Origin: a virus
Lineage: Duplodnaviria; Caudoviricetes
DNA length: 39,965 nucleotides
Virus record (IMG/VR): IMGVR_UViG_3300048998_000218
Coordinates: 1-39,965 of that record
Reading direction: 5' to 3' (one strand)
Shown: positions 1 to 7,119 of the stretch, one piece after another
How positions within the stretch are numbered: the first letter of the stretch is position 1
Layout: each line of letters begins with the position of its first letter
Notes under the pieces: generated by a model
What the model was told of the DNA's origin: nothing
Databases searched by the model: none
The model's input: only the letters and a program-made list of their open reading frames with translations
Position numbers and translations under genes: made by a program

Positions 1-254
1 GCGCTCTCGCCACGAATGAGCCTTTCGACGCCACCCTGAAACGCGTCGATGAGCGTGTCCTGAATAGCCGGGACAACGACCTCAACCACCATGTAGTTGA
101 ACGCGGTGCGAGCATCACCGCCGATGAACGTGTCCTTGAACTGCCGACCAAGCCCCCTCTTTCGCCGAACAGCCTCGGCAGAGGTAACGCGCTCGATCTT
201 CTTCGGCTCGTTTTGCACTCGTGCCTTTTGACTGTTAGCGGGAAATGAATCCAT
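1..254 (-). CDS. Conserved phage hypothetical protein, truncated by the window edge
   Basis: Translated by hand: MDSFPANSQKARVQNEPKKIERVTSAEAVRRKRGLGRQFKDTFIGG...; AAGGA lies upstream; frame stays open to position 1. Confidence 0.75.
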   Translation of the reverse strand, partial: MDSFPANSQKARVQNEPKKIERVTSAEAVRRKRGLGRQFKDTFIGGDARTAFNYMVVEVVVPAIQDTLIDAFQGGVERLIRGES

Positions 255-279
255 GTATGTCCTTGTTGGGGTTTAGGGC

Positions 280-362
280 AAAAAGAGAAGAGCATGAACT
301 TTTTCCATGTCCATTTTAGCCGAACGGTGGCTTCTCACGAAGCCTTATTCGACACTCCTCTC
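280..362 (-). ncRNA. Candidate small structured RNA A (promoter-driven, no ORF)
   Basis: Directly follows the motif at 359-388. 5' GAGAGGAG pairs with 3' CUCUUCUC, then a U5 tract; inner GUCGAA/UUCGGC and GGCUU/AAGCC stems. Confidence 0.55.
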
Positions 363-388
363 ATTACAACCTGTGTTTTTCTCGCGAA
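359..388 (-). promoter_or_regulatory. Cassette promoter-like motif, copy 1
   Basis: TCGCG-N7-CA-N7-TAAT-GAGA on the minus strand. Confidence 0.8.
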
Positions 389-393
389 CGCGG

Positions 394-426
394 AAAAAAT
401 GAGAACCCGGGTTTCGGATTCTCATT
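394..426 (-). terminator. Intrinsic terminator (ATGAGAACC family)
   Basis: AATGAGAATCCG-AAACC-CGGGTTCTCATT hairpin plus T tract just after the stop at 435. Confidence 0.8.
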
Positions 427-434
427 CGGAGGAC

Positions 435-614
435 TTACAACTTGGCGGCCTTGACTCGGCGGTCGATCTCCTTGGCCCAGGCGTGCGAGTTCTTCGCGTT
501 CACCCGAGAGTCGTTGAGCCTGCTGATCGCGGTGATCAGTGCGGCTGCGACTCCCATGGCGAGCACGGGATTCTCTTCGGCCTGACGCTGCAGGTTTTCG
601 AGGAACCGGTTCAT
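435..614 (-). CDS. 59-aa small protein with a hydrophobic segment (not in ORF track)
   Basis: MNRFLENLQRQAEENPVLAMGVAAALITAISRLNDSRVNAKNSHAWAKEIDRRVKAAKL; AAGGAG RBS, own promoter motif and terminator. Confidence 0.85.
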   Translation of the reverse strand: MNRFLENLQRQAEENPVLAMGVAAALITAISRLNDSRVNAKNSHAWAKEIDRRVKAAKL

Positions 615-633
615 TGGGTCTCCTTAGATAGTA

Positions 634-666
634 GGGGTCTCATTAGAAGGAGTGTTTTTACCGCGA
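634..666 (-). promoter_or_regulatory. Cassette promoter-like motif, copy 2
   Basis: TCGCG-N7-CA-N7-TAAT-GAGACCCC, then AAGGAG. Confidence 0.85.
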
Positions 667-670
667 GGAG

Positions 671-700
671 AAAATGAGAACCTGGGTTTCAGATTCTCAC
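671..700 (-). terminator. Intrinsic terminator (ATGAGAACC family)
   Basis: GTGAGAATCTG-AAACC-CAGGTTCTCAT-TTT after the stop at 710. Confidence 0.8.
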
Positions 701-709
701 TTGAGTGAA

Positions 710-979
710 CTACTCGGTGGTGGCGTTCTTCTTGGCCTTTCGGGCCTCGCGCTTGGCGGCGATGAAGTCGGCGGTCTTGTCCACCATCTTGTCCGTGACG
801 GGCTTGAGCTTGTCCGAGACGTACCAACCGGCCAGGTGGCTCGAGATGTCGACGATCATGTCGTCTTCCTCGAACCTGGTGTGGTCGGTGATTGCGGTCT
901 CAGCGAGTGAAGCTGTCTCGAAGTGGATGATGGCTTTGGCGACGTACTTCGCGGCGTTGCGGAGGGTAAAAGCTTCCAT
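710..979 (-). CDS. Hypothetical cassette protein, 89 aa
   Basis: ORF with AAGGAG RBS, own promoter motif and terminator. Confidence 0.85.
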   Translation of the reverse strand: MEAFTLRNAAKYVAKAIIHFETASLAETAITDHTRFEEDDMIVDISSHLAGWYVSDKLKPVTDKMVDKTADFIAAKREARKAKKNATTE

Positions 980-1003
980 CAGAATTACTCCTTAGAGGTA
1001 GTT

Positions 1004-1037
1004 GGGGTCTCATTATAGGCGCTGATTTTTACGCGAA
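1004..1037 (-). promoter_or_regulatory. Cassette promoter-like motif, copy 3
   Basis: TTCGCG-N7-CA-N5-TATAAT-GAGACCCC. Confidence 0.85.
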
Positions 1038-1061
1038 CTGCAGGGAAAAATACAAAAGGTT

Positions 1062-1172
1062 TCCCGGTCCAGGATTCGAACCTGGCGTCTGAAGCACCAC
1101 CATCAGACGAGTGTCTAACCTAACTACCGTTTAGAACTGGTGTAGGGTTCGTAAGTAGCGACACAACCGGGC
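1062..1172 (-). ncRNA. tRNA-like RNA with non-canonical D and anticodon regions
   Basis: Perfect T arm CCAGG-TTCGAAT-CCTGG; CCCGGT/ACCGGG acceptor-like stem; CGTCTGA-N10-TCAGACG arm; GTGTC/GACAC-closed ~54-nt domain where the D arm would be. Confidence 0.7.
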
Positions 1173-1299
1173 ACGTTTAGTGAAATATAGGGCGTAGTGA
1201 GGCACAAGCTTGCCGCGGACTTCCAGGAACGCAGGCGTTGCTGTCGTTGAATATCAGCGCGTTAGCCGCTGATACCTACACTACGTGAGACCCCTCTCT

Positions 1300-1902
1300 C
1301 TAGGAGAGCTTGTAGCGTCCGGTGGCCAGTCCGGACTTCAGTTCGGCAGAATCCATCGCCGACACTTCGGCGCGGGTGAGGACTCGCGGTGTGGCATCCT
1401 GAGTGAGACCGGTCGGATCGTCGTTCTCGGCCTGAAGCTCTGCCACCGCGGCAGCCGTCTCCGGTGCTGGGGTCTTCTCGGCCTGTGCCTTGACCTCTGC
1501 GGCGATCTGCTCGAGGTTGTTGGGGATGATCCCATTGATGAACTCGGCGGAGGCGTTGGCATCTGTGCAGACCTCGAAGATGAGCTGCGAAAATGCCTCC
1601 GTGGCAGCGAACTCCTCCCAGATCTCCTTGGACTTGAGGAAGCGATCGCCGTCCTTCTTGCCGTAAGCACGACGGATGATGTCCTTGAACTCGGCCATGA
1701 TGGCCCGGCCGTCCTCGGAGTCGACGATCTGCTGAAGCTTGGCCTGCATACCCGTGAGCTGCTTGCCGTCCTTGGTGTAGGTGGCCTTGTTCTCCTCCAT
1801 CTCCATCTCGACGAGATCCGCCTTGGAGATATGGAAGTAGTGCTCCTCGGTCACTTCCTGGTTGGTGAACGGGTTGGTGTACGTGATGACCTTCTTTAGC
1901 AA
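1300..1902 (-). CDS. Conserved phage protein, function unknown
   Basis: MLKKVITYTNPF...EEHYFHISKADLVEMEM...IIRRAYGKK pattern recurs in this siphovirus group; AGGAG RBS; strong GC3 bias. Confidence 0.85.
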   Translation of the reverse strand: MLKKVITYTNPFTNQEVTEEHYFHISKADLVEMEMEENKATYTKDGKQLTGMQAKLQQIVDSEDGRAIMAEFKDIIRRAYGKKDGDRFLKSKEIWEEFAATEAFSQLIFEVCTDANASAEFINGIIPNNLEQIAAEVKAQAEKTPAPETAAAVAELQAENDDPTGLTQDATPRVLTRAEVSAMDSAELKSGLATGRYKLS

Positions 1903-2111
1903 AGTTGCTCCTGATTCGGATGTATGTACTGGATAGTTCCGATGGTCTTGCCCCGCGCATCGATGCTCAGCGTGAACTCGGCTGCTTGAATATGCAGGAC
2001 GCTACCGTCCTGAGTAATGCCCAGCGCACCACGTGTTACATCCGCGAGGTCCCCCAAGCGACGACACTGTTCGGGCAGCATCGTCACCTGAGGTCGCTCG
2101 GGAGATGTCAC
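1896..2111 (-). CDS. Hypothetical protein, 71 aa
   Basis: Overlaps both neighbours in operon fashion; GGAG RBS. Confidence 0.65.
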   Translation of the reverse strand: MTSPERPQVTMLPEQCRRLGDLADVTRGALGITQDGSVLHIQAAEFTLSIDARGKTIGTIQYIHPNQEQLC

Positions 2112-2464
2112 TACTCCGTGGTCCTGTGGTAACGGACGACGCCGCGTCGCGAATAGGCGGCGCCGAACTTGTTGATCGCGATGGCGCCCGCGTAAAGCGA
2201 CACCGACAGAGCGAAGAAGCCGATGCCCGTGTCGCTCGTGATGCGGCTGAGAACACGAGGACTGATCATGCGAGTCGTCCTCACCACGTCCTCAACCACC
2301 TCCTCAGCGGCGTCGTTCGCGGCCTCTGCCACGTCGCCCACCTTCTCGGCGGCAACCGGAGCGGCGGCCTTCGCTGCACGCCCGGTGTTCTTGACGGCCT
2401 GTCTACTCTGCCTGGCCGCTCGCGATGCGAGCTCCTGGGCCTCCTGCTTGTCTGCTTCGGACAT
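2111..2464 (-). CDS. Membrane protein with one C-terminal TM segment
   Basis: AAGGAG RBS; hydrophobic stretch GIGFFALSVSLYAGAIAI. Confidence 0.8.
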   Translation of the reverse strand: MSEADKQEAQELASRAARQSRQAVKNTGRAAKAAAPVAAEKVGDVAEAANDAAEEVVEDVVRTTRMISPRVLSRITSDTGIGFFALSVSLYAGAIAINKFGAAYSRRGVVRYHRTTE

Positions 2465-2482
2465 GTACTCTCCTTGGTTGAA

Positions 2483-2737
2483 CTACACGGACGGCTTGTC
2501 GGAAGTCTCGATCACGTCGGTGACGTCGATGGAGGGCTCAGGGTCCTCTTCGGTCTTGGTCTCTCCGGTATTCCTGAGCGCCTCGCGCAGATCCACGATG
2601 AACGCCTTGGTCTCCTCGGAGTCACGGAGATCTCGGATGAGTGCCTTGAGTTCCTCGGTGTGCTCCTGCCCCTTGAGATAGCCGTTGAGGTAACCGACGC
2701 CGTATGCGACGCCCACGACAATGAAGCCTTTGAACAT
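2483..2737 (-). CDS. Small membrane-anchored protein
   Basis: AAGGAG RBS; N-terminal hydrophobic segment, acidic tail. Confidence 0.8.
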   Translation of the reverse strand: MFKGFIVVGVAYGVGYLNGYLKGQEHTEELKALIRDLRDSEETKAFIVDLREALRNTGETKTEEDPEPSIDVTDVIETSDKPSV

Positions 2738-2893
2738 GTACTCTCCTTAGTTTGGGTTGAGGGATTTCATATATGCTAGCCGCGTGCCGGTGAGTGGCAT
2801 CAATGTCCGTATACCGCTAGCTTTCGGTAGCCACATGCCCACCCCAATAAAGGGCCTAACTTACTATGGGTCTACCGAACTTTGGTGCACTTG

Positions 2894-3679
2894 CTAGTAC
2901 CCTCGGATGTAGTCGACGTGCGGGAGATACTTGAAGTCGATGGCGATGCACGGCTTCTGGTCGTGCGAGAGCACCGTCGAGAGCTTCAGATCCACGAGGT
3001 TGTTGACGTTCCAGCCGACGTCATCTGACCACGTCGTTGGCGGTAAGCCGATCTCCTCGTAGAAGAACGAGGCGCTGGCGTAGTTGTGACGGAGGATCTC
3101 CTCGTTGGTCCGGTTGACCGCCTTGTTGATCGCGTCCATCGTGCTGCGGAAATACCGACCGGTCGGCTGATCGAAACAGAGGACCTCTCCCTCCACGATC
3201 ACGATCTGACTTCCGCCGGGCGTGTTGTTCACCCGATCCTGTGCCAGCTCGTCGTCGATCGCCTGGGCCTTCGGGCCGGTGAGCTTCTCCGTGACCTTGT
3301 CCTTGTACTCTCCGAGCTGCTTCTCGGCCAGGCCGTAGGCAGCTGCCAACGCGGCAGCCTTCTGGGCCGACATCCGGTTGGCCAGGATGATGCTGCCGAT
3401 CGTGGCCGATCCTGTGAGCACTGGCGGGATGAAGTGCACTCCCACCAGCTTGACCTTGTCGGTCTTGGACAACGGATCGATCGTGCCGCCGACGTTTGCG
3501 TTCCTGATCCGCTCCTGCTCCTCGACCATGAGAATCTCCGCGGCCTTGAACCCAGCCCTACCAGCCAACACCGCGGTGCCGATCGTTCCCACCACGCCGC
3601 CAGCCGTCAGAAGCGTCGTGGCGTTCTCCTGCAGCAACTGCTGTACGCGCTGCTTTGCATCAGCGAACATCGGATGCAT
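2894..3679 (-). CDS. Conserved phage membrane/coiled-coil protein (DUF6353-like)
   Basis: LLTAGGVVGTIGTAVLAGRA...ALAAAY...LCFDQPTGRYFRS...DDVGW pattern typical of this phage group; AAGGAG RBS. Confidence 0.8.
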   Translation of the reverse strand: MHPMFADAKQRVQQLLQENATTLLTAGGVVGTIGTAVLAGRAGFKAAEILMVEEQERIRNANVGGTIDPLSKTDKVKLVGVHFIPPVLTGSATIGSIILANRMSAQKAAALAAAYGLAEKQLGEYKDKVTEKLTGPKAQAIDDELAQDRVNNTPGGSQIVIVEGEVLCFDQPTGRYFRSTMDAINKAVNRTNEEILRHNYASASFFYEEIGLPPTTWSDDVGWNVNNLVDLKLSTVLSHDQKPCIAIDFKYLPHVDYIRGY

Positions 3680-3706
3680 TCGTGTGTACTCTCCTTTTGA
3701 AATATG

Positions 3707-3799
3707 TCAGTTCTTTGACGCTCTGGCCAACCAACGCTGAATCGCCCAGAGCATCAGGTAGCTGAGCAGCTTGGTGAAGAAGATCCGTGCGAGGATCAC
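3707..3799 (-). CDS. 30-aa hydrophobic microprotein
   Basis: MILARIFFTKLLSYLMLWAIQRWLARASKN; GTG start overlaps the upstream TAG. Confidence 0.45.
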   Translation of the reverse strand: MILARIFFTKLLSYLMLWAIQRWLARASKN

Positions 3800-3972
3800 T
3801 AGCGGCGTCTCATCTCTCGCACGAAGATCCAGACGAACCAGAGTCCGCCCGTGAGCATGACCATGAACACATCGAACAGAAAGTTCAAGCATCCGTACGG
3901 CTTGCGTGCATGACCGTCACCCACGTAGTAGGTGTGCTGGTAGTGGTGATCGTCGGTGAAGATCCTACGCAT
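3799..3972 (-). CDS. 57-aa membrane protein (not in ORF track)
   Basis: MRRIFTDDHHYQHTYYVGDGHARKPYGCLNFLFDVFMVMLTGGLWFVWIFVREMRRR; TGGLW-type TM hairpin. Confidence 0.8.
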   Translation of the reverse strand: MRRIFTDDHHYQHTYYVGDGHARKPYGCLNFLFDVFMVMLTGGLWFVWIFVREMRRR

Positions 3973-4123
3973 CGCGCCTCACCCCCGTCGCTCCGGGGTT
4001 GCGCTTGAGAGCACGCTGCTCGGCAACCTCTCTCGAGGACGCCTTGACCTTGATCGTCCGCGTTATGTTGCTCGCGTAGTACAAGGTGATGTAATACAAC
4101 TGCTTGGCCGCTCTAGCCTTCAC
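3965..4123 (-). CDS. 52-aa basic hypothetical protein
   Basis: GTG start overlapping the upstream gene end; KARAAKQLYYITLYY...VKASSREVAEQRA. Confidence 0.65.
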   Translation of the reverse strand: MKARAAKQLYYITLYYASNITRTIKVKASSREVAEQRALKRNPGATGVRRDA

Positions 4124-4292
4124 TGCAGCCGTCGCAGATCGCGTTGTGATTCCACGTCTCGCGACCACAGAGCTTGATGCATCGCACGGCGTGATCACGC
4201 GGCTGATGCTCGGGGTAGTGCTCTGGGTGATAATCAGACGAACCGTCGTAATCGACGATTGCGCCTTTGACCTCCTCGTTGGGGGTCTCCAT
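4113..4292 (-). CDS. 59-aa protein with a possible Cys4 zinc site (not in ORF track)
   Basis: METPNEEVKG...RCIKLCGRETWNHNAICDGCSEG; AGGAG RBS. Confidence 0.75.
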   Translation of the reverse strand: METPNEEVKGAIVDYDGSSDYHPEHYPEHQPRDHAVRCIKLCGRETWNHNAICDGCSEG

Positions 4293-4348
4293 ACGGTCTC
4301 CTAGTTTGGGGTCTCAAAAATATGACCCTGTGCGTTTAGCACGAGGTC

Positions 4349-4411
4349 AAAAAGAGGACCACCTGTGTAGGGTGATCACGGATCTCTTTTAGGTTAGATC
4401 CTTCCTCTCTC
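4349..4411 (-). ncRNA. Candidate small structured RNA B (three-way junction)
   Basis: 5' GAGAGAGGA pairs with 3' UCCUCUUUU; hairpins GGAUCU/AGAUCC and UCACC/GGUGG; no ORF. Confidence 0.55.
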
Positions 4412-4437
4412 ACTATAGAACGTGTTTTTTTCGCGAA
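4408..4437 (-). promoter_or_regulatory. Cassette promoter-like motif, copy 4
   Basis: TTCGCG-N7-CA-N5-TATAGT-GAGA. Confidence 0.8.
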
Positions 4438-4440
4438 CGT

Positions 4441-4734
4441 TTACGCTTCGCCGTGTTCAGCAGCCACTTCCAGCAACTTCACACGTTGGGAGAGATCGAG
4501 CACACGTCCACCACGAGTTCGCGGAACGTGATTGTTGTCAAGGACACGAGAGACTTGCTCGAGCACTTCTCTTGCGAGTTGGGGACTTCCCAGAATGTTC
4601 TTCTTCTCCTCTTCTTGACGATGTTTCCTCTCGAAATATGCGGCCCAGTAGCGCTCTTCTTCGTCTCGTTCCCTTCGTAGTGTGTCTTGTTTGTAGAGAC
4701 TCTCTGGAGTCACCGGAGGAAAATGTACCAACAT
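4441..4734 (-). CDS. Hypothetical protein, 97 aa
   Basis: Translationally coupled (TAATG) to the upstream gene; GGAG RBS. Confidence 0.75.
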   Translation of the reverse strand: MLVHFPPVTPESLYKQDTLRRERDEEERYWAAYFERKHRQEEEKKNILGSPQLAREVLEQVSRVLDNNHVPRTRGGRVLDLSQRVKLLEVAAEHGEA

Positions 4735-5054
4735 TACTTCTCCTCACTGTCCTTGTGCAACCCACAGTAGTAGCTACCGGGCTCGTTGAAGTTTGGGCAG
4801 TTCTTGCCGTTTGGGCGAATATGGGCGCACTGGAGCATACCATCCTTCATCTTCTCGCCGTACTCGTTGACCTGGTGTTGGAACTCGCGATGACGCTTGA
4901 GTGCAGCCTGCCGATATGTCTCGTTGTGATCCATGATCGTTGCGAGAACGGGCGCACTCAGCTCTAGATCCTCTGCCCCAGGAACTAGTCCAGCGTAGAG
5001 CACGAGGAAATTCGCCAGCTGTTCGTTAGTTGGCTCAGTGTACTCAGCCGCCAT
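4734..5054 (-). CDS. C-terminal CCCH-type zinc-finger protein (paralog 2)
   Basis: QCAHIRPNGKNCPNFNEPGSYYCGLH; TAATG coupling. Confidence 0.8.
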   Translation of the reverse strand: MAAEYTEPTNEQLANFLVLYAGLVPGAEDLELSAPVLATIMDHNETYRQAALKRHREFQHQVNEYGEKMKDGMLQCAHIRPNGKNCPNFNEPGSYYCGLHKDSEEK

Positions 5055-5365
5055 TACTCTCTTTCGTGTCGTTTACAGCGATAACTACCAGGTTGATTGA
5101 AACGAGTACACTGCTCGCCGGTTGGGTGAATATAGCTGCACTGAAGCTCGCCCCGCATCATCTTCTCAATCTCTTGACCCATCTCGTCGCAGAACTTACG
5201 ATGAATGCTTAGCGCGATTCCTCGAAACACAGGATCGTTTGTGATCATCCGTTCTATGAGTACAGGAGTAGTCTTGAGATGTCGAAGCTGTGGATGTTGA
5301 AGCGAGTAGATGGACAGAAAGTTAGCCAAATCCAGATTAGTTGGCGGCTTGTACTCCCAGTTCAT
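5054..5365 (-). CDS. C-terminal CCCH-type zinc-finger protein (paralog 1)
   Basis: QCSYIHPTGEQCTRFNQPGSYRCKRH; AAGGAG RBS. Confidence 0.8.
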   Translation of the reverse strand: MNWEYKPPTNLDLANFLSIYSLQHPQLRHLKTTPVLIERMITNDPVFRGIALSIHRKFCDEMGQEIEKMMRGELQCSYIHPTGEQCTRFNQPGSYRCKRHERE

Positions 5366-5385
5366 TACTCTCCTTCACTGAAGTC

Positions 5386-5535
5386 TCAGTCAAATATCGA
5401 CTTGAGGAGATGCGCGGCTGTGTACGCCACGATGATTGTGATCACAGCCTCGGTGGCCTTGTCAATCAGATCCTCAAGATCTTGGGTTGGGAGCTCGACG
5501 TTGACGTTGATATCTGCGGTGTGGTGATGTTTCAT
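5386..5535 (-). CDS. 49-aa small membrane protein (not in ORF track)
   Basis: MKHHHTADINVNVELPTQDLEDLIDKATEAVITIIVAYTAAHLLKSIFD; AGGA RBS. Confidence 0.7.
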   Translation of the reverse strand: MKHHHTADINVNVELPTQDLEDLIDKATEAVITIIVAYTAAHLLKSIFD

Positions 5536-5542
5536 GTCTTTC

Positions 5543-5740
5543 CTACTGCTGTGCCTCGAGCATGAAGACCGTTCGCTCGCCAGGCCTCGTGATCGGGGTT
5601 ACGACGTATTGATCCGGGTCGCCATCGAGAATGACCTGTGCTTGTCTTTTGGCGGACTCGCGATCGATCGCTGAGACAATTACGCCAATGCTCTCAACGA
5701 ACCTTGACTGACGCTGCACGAGAAAGACGATGTAAGACAA
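5543..5740 (-). CDS. Hypothetical protein, 65 aa
   Basis: TTG start with AAGGGA RBS; fills the gap in the operon. Confidence 0.7.
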   Translation of the reverse strand: MSYIVFLVQRQSRFVESIGVIVSAIDRESAKRQAQVILDGDPDQYVVTPITRPGERTVFMLEAQQ

Positions 5741-5764
5741 TGATCCCTTTCGGTTTGAGGTCTC

Positions 5765-5796
5765 AAAAAATGAGAACCTGTGGTTCAGATTCTCAC
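5765..5796 (-). terminator. Intrinsic terminator (ATGAGAACC family)
   Basis: GTGAGAATCTG-AACCA-CAGGTTCTCAT-TTTTT; near-identical to 671-700. Confidence 0.8.
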
Positions 5797-5804
5797 TTGA
5801 GGGA

Positions 5805-5975
5805 CTACTCGGACTTCTGGATGATGGTCGGATTCAGACTCGCGCGAAGCTTCGAGATAGCGTCAACGATCTGCATGAACTCGGGGGCGTCCGGCTGGAC
5901 ACTCTCGAGATCTTTGCAGAGGCTGTTGATGGTCTTCTCGACGGCTTGGTCAGCGGTGTCGAATGCGTGAATCAT
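5805..5975 (-). CDS. 56-aa helical cassette protein
   Basis: MIHAFDTADQAVEKTINSLCKDLE...; AAGGAG RBS downstream of the motif at 5992-6024. Confidence 0.8.
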   Translation of the reverse strand: MIHAFDTADQAVEKTINSLCKDLESVQPDAPEFMQIVDAISKLRASLNPTIIQKSE

Positions 5976-5991
5976 GTTGTGCTCCTTAGTA

Positions 5992-6024
5992 GGGGTCTCA
6001 TTATAGGCGCTGAAATTTGCGCGA
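5992..6024 (-). promoter_or_regulatory. Cassette promoter-like motif, copy 5
   Basis: TCGCG-N7-CA-N5-TATAAT-GAGACCCC. Confidence 0.85.
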
Positions 6025-6046
6025 GGACAGAAAACTACAACCCGTG

Positions 6047-6214
6047 TTAGCGGGCTGCAGTGTCGGACTTGAACTTCTTGGCGTAGTCCTTGACGACCTG
6101 ACGTGCGTCGTCCATCGTGTGCGCCGCATCCTCGTGGCGACCAAGCTTCTCCTGGATGGAAGACTTGGTATAGAGGGTGTGGAACTTGATGGATGACTTC
6201 AGTGCAGAAAGCAT
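6047..6214 (-). CDS. 55-aa cassette protein (not in ORF track)
   Basis: MLSALKSSIKFHTLYTKSSIQEKLGRHEDAAHTMDDARQVVKDYAKKFKSDTAAR; AAGGAG RBS; TAA stop lies in the terminator loop. Confidence 0.8.
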   Translation of the reverse strand: MLSALKSSIKFHTLYTKSSIQEKLGRHEDAAHTMDDARQVVKDYAKKFKSDTAAR

Positions 6215-6229
6215 GGAATCTCCTTAGTT

Positions 6230-6263
6230 GGGGTCTCACTATAGTCCATGAAACTCGCGCGAA
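6230..6263 (-). promoter_or_regulatory. Cassette promoter-like motif, copy 6
   Basis: TTCGCG-N7-CA-N5-TATAGT-GAGACCCC. Confidence 0.85.
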
Positions 6264-6294
6264 AAAAGAAAAGGACTTCCTTGTCCAGTTCTTT

Positions 6295-6357
6295 CTAGAT
6301 CAGCCAGATGATGATGTAGCCGTGGCCGAAATCCTCGATGCGAGGGTTGGGCTTCAT
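6295..6357 (-). CDS. 20-aa microprotein cassette
   Basis: MKPNPRIEDFGHGYIIIWLI; AAAGGA RBS, own promoter motif and hairpin/T tract. Confidence 0.65.
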   Translation of the reverse strand: MKPNPRIEDFGHGYIIIWLI

Positions 6358-6378
6358 GGTACTTCCTTTCATGGTTGT

Positions 6379-6410
6379 GGTCTCATTAGAGCCCATGAAA
6401 AATGCGCGAA
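6379..6410 (-). promoter_or_regulatory. Cassette promoter-like motif, copy 7
   Basis: TTCGCG-N7-CA-N7-TAAT-GAGACC. Confidence 0.85.
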
Positions 6411-6471
6411 TTGCAGGGAAAAGAAAGAACCCGTGTGGGTTCGATCTTCAGATTCCTTGTGGGAACCGTGA

Positions 6472-6633
6472 CTACTTGATCAGCTTCTTCTCCAGTTCAA
6501 CGCGCTTCTCCACGAGCTCCGTGATCTGCTTGTCGAGCTCTTCGATTTCGGTCGAGATGCTCGCGTTGTGGATCGCGGTAGCTGCGGAGAGAGCGCCGTT
6601 GCCAATGGAGGAAAGGGCGGACTTGATGGTCAT
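6472..6633 (-). CDS. 53-aa coiled-coil cassette protein
   Basis: MTIKSALSSIGNG...EIEELDKQITELVEKRVELEKKLIK; AAAGGA RBS. Confidence 0.8.
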   Translation of the reverse strand: MTIKSALSSIGNGALSAATAIHNASISTEIEELDKQITELVEKRVELEKKLIK

Positions 6634-6649
6634 GGTGTTTCCTTTGATA

Positions 6650-6683
6650 GGGGTCTCATTATAGCCCATGAAATATACGCGAA
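6650..6683 (-). promoter_or_regulatory. Cassette promoter-like motif, copy 8
   Basis: TTCGCG-N7-CA-N5-TATAAT-GAGACCCC. Confidence 0.85.
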
Positions 6684-6725
6684 AAGGAAGAGAAAAACTA
6701 AAGCCCGTGTTTGCGGGCCTCAGCT

Positions 6726-7019
6726 TTATGAGATCTCGGGCGTGCTTTCGAGCAGTTCCAGAAATCCCTCAGTGGTCATCAGAGGAACGTTAGATGCTGG
6801 ATGGCATGACGGATCGAATGGCACATCGTTGAAGTTGCTGATGGCGGGGATCCACGGATAGACCGACGTGAACAGAATCGTCTCACAGCCGTCTTCGGCG
6901 TGATAATCGATGCTGTCACGAAGGTGTTCGATCGTGAAACCGCGCTTGGCGGCAACCTCGATGATGCGCTCGACGTTGTCGTGCGTAAGCATAACGCTCC
7001 CAGGAATGGGCTGGGGCAT
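6726..7019 (-). CDS. Acidic hypothetical cassette protein, 97 aa
   Basis: AAGGAG RBS; terminator GCCCG-CAAACA-CGGGC-TTT at about 6693-6718. Confidence 0.8.
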   Translation of the reverse strand: MPQPIPGSVMLTHDNVERIIEVAAKRGFTIEHLRDSIDYHAEDGCETILFTSVYPWIPAISNFNDVPFDPSCHPASNVPLMTTEGFLELLESTPEIS

Positions 7020-7042
7020 AATGGGTCTCCTTTAGTTTGATA

Positions 7043-7076
7043 GGGGTCTCATTACAAGCGTTGAAATATGCGCGAA
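7043..7076 (-). promoter_or_regulatory. Cassette promoter-like motif, copy 9
   Basis: TTCGCG-N7-CA-N7-TAAT-GAGACCCC. Confidence 0.85.
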
Positions 7077-7119
7077 GAAAAACTGAGAACCCTTGTTACA
7101 GGGCTCTGCAGTCTTGGCT

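Noticed and set aside
1062-1172. Canonical tRNA or tmRNA
   Set aside because: No D arm, a 10-nt loop instead of a 7-nt anticodon loop, no CCA; too short for tmRNA and no tag ORF.
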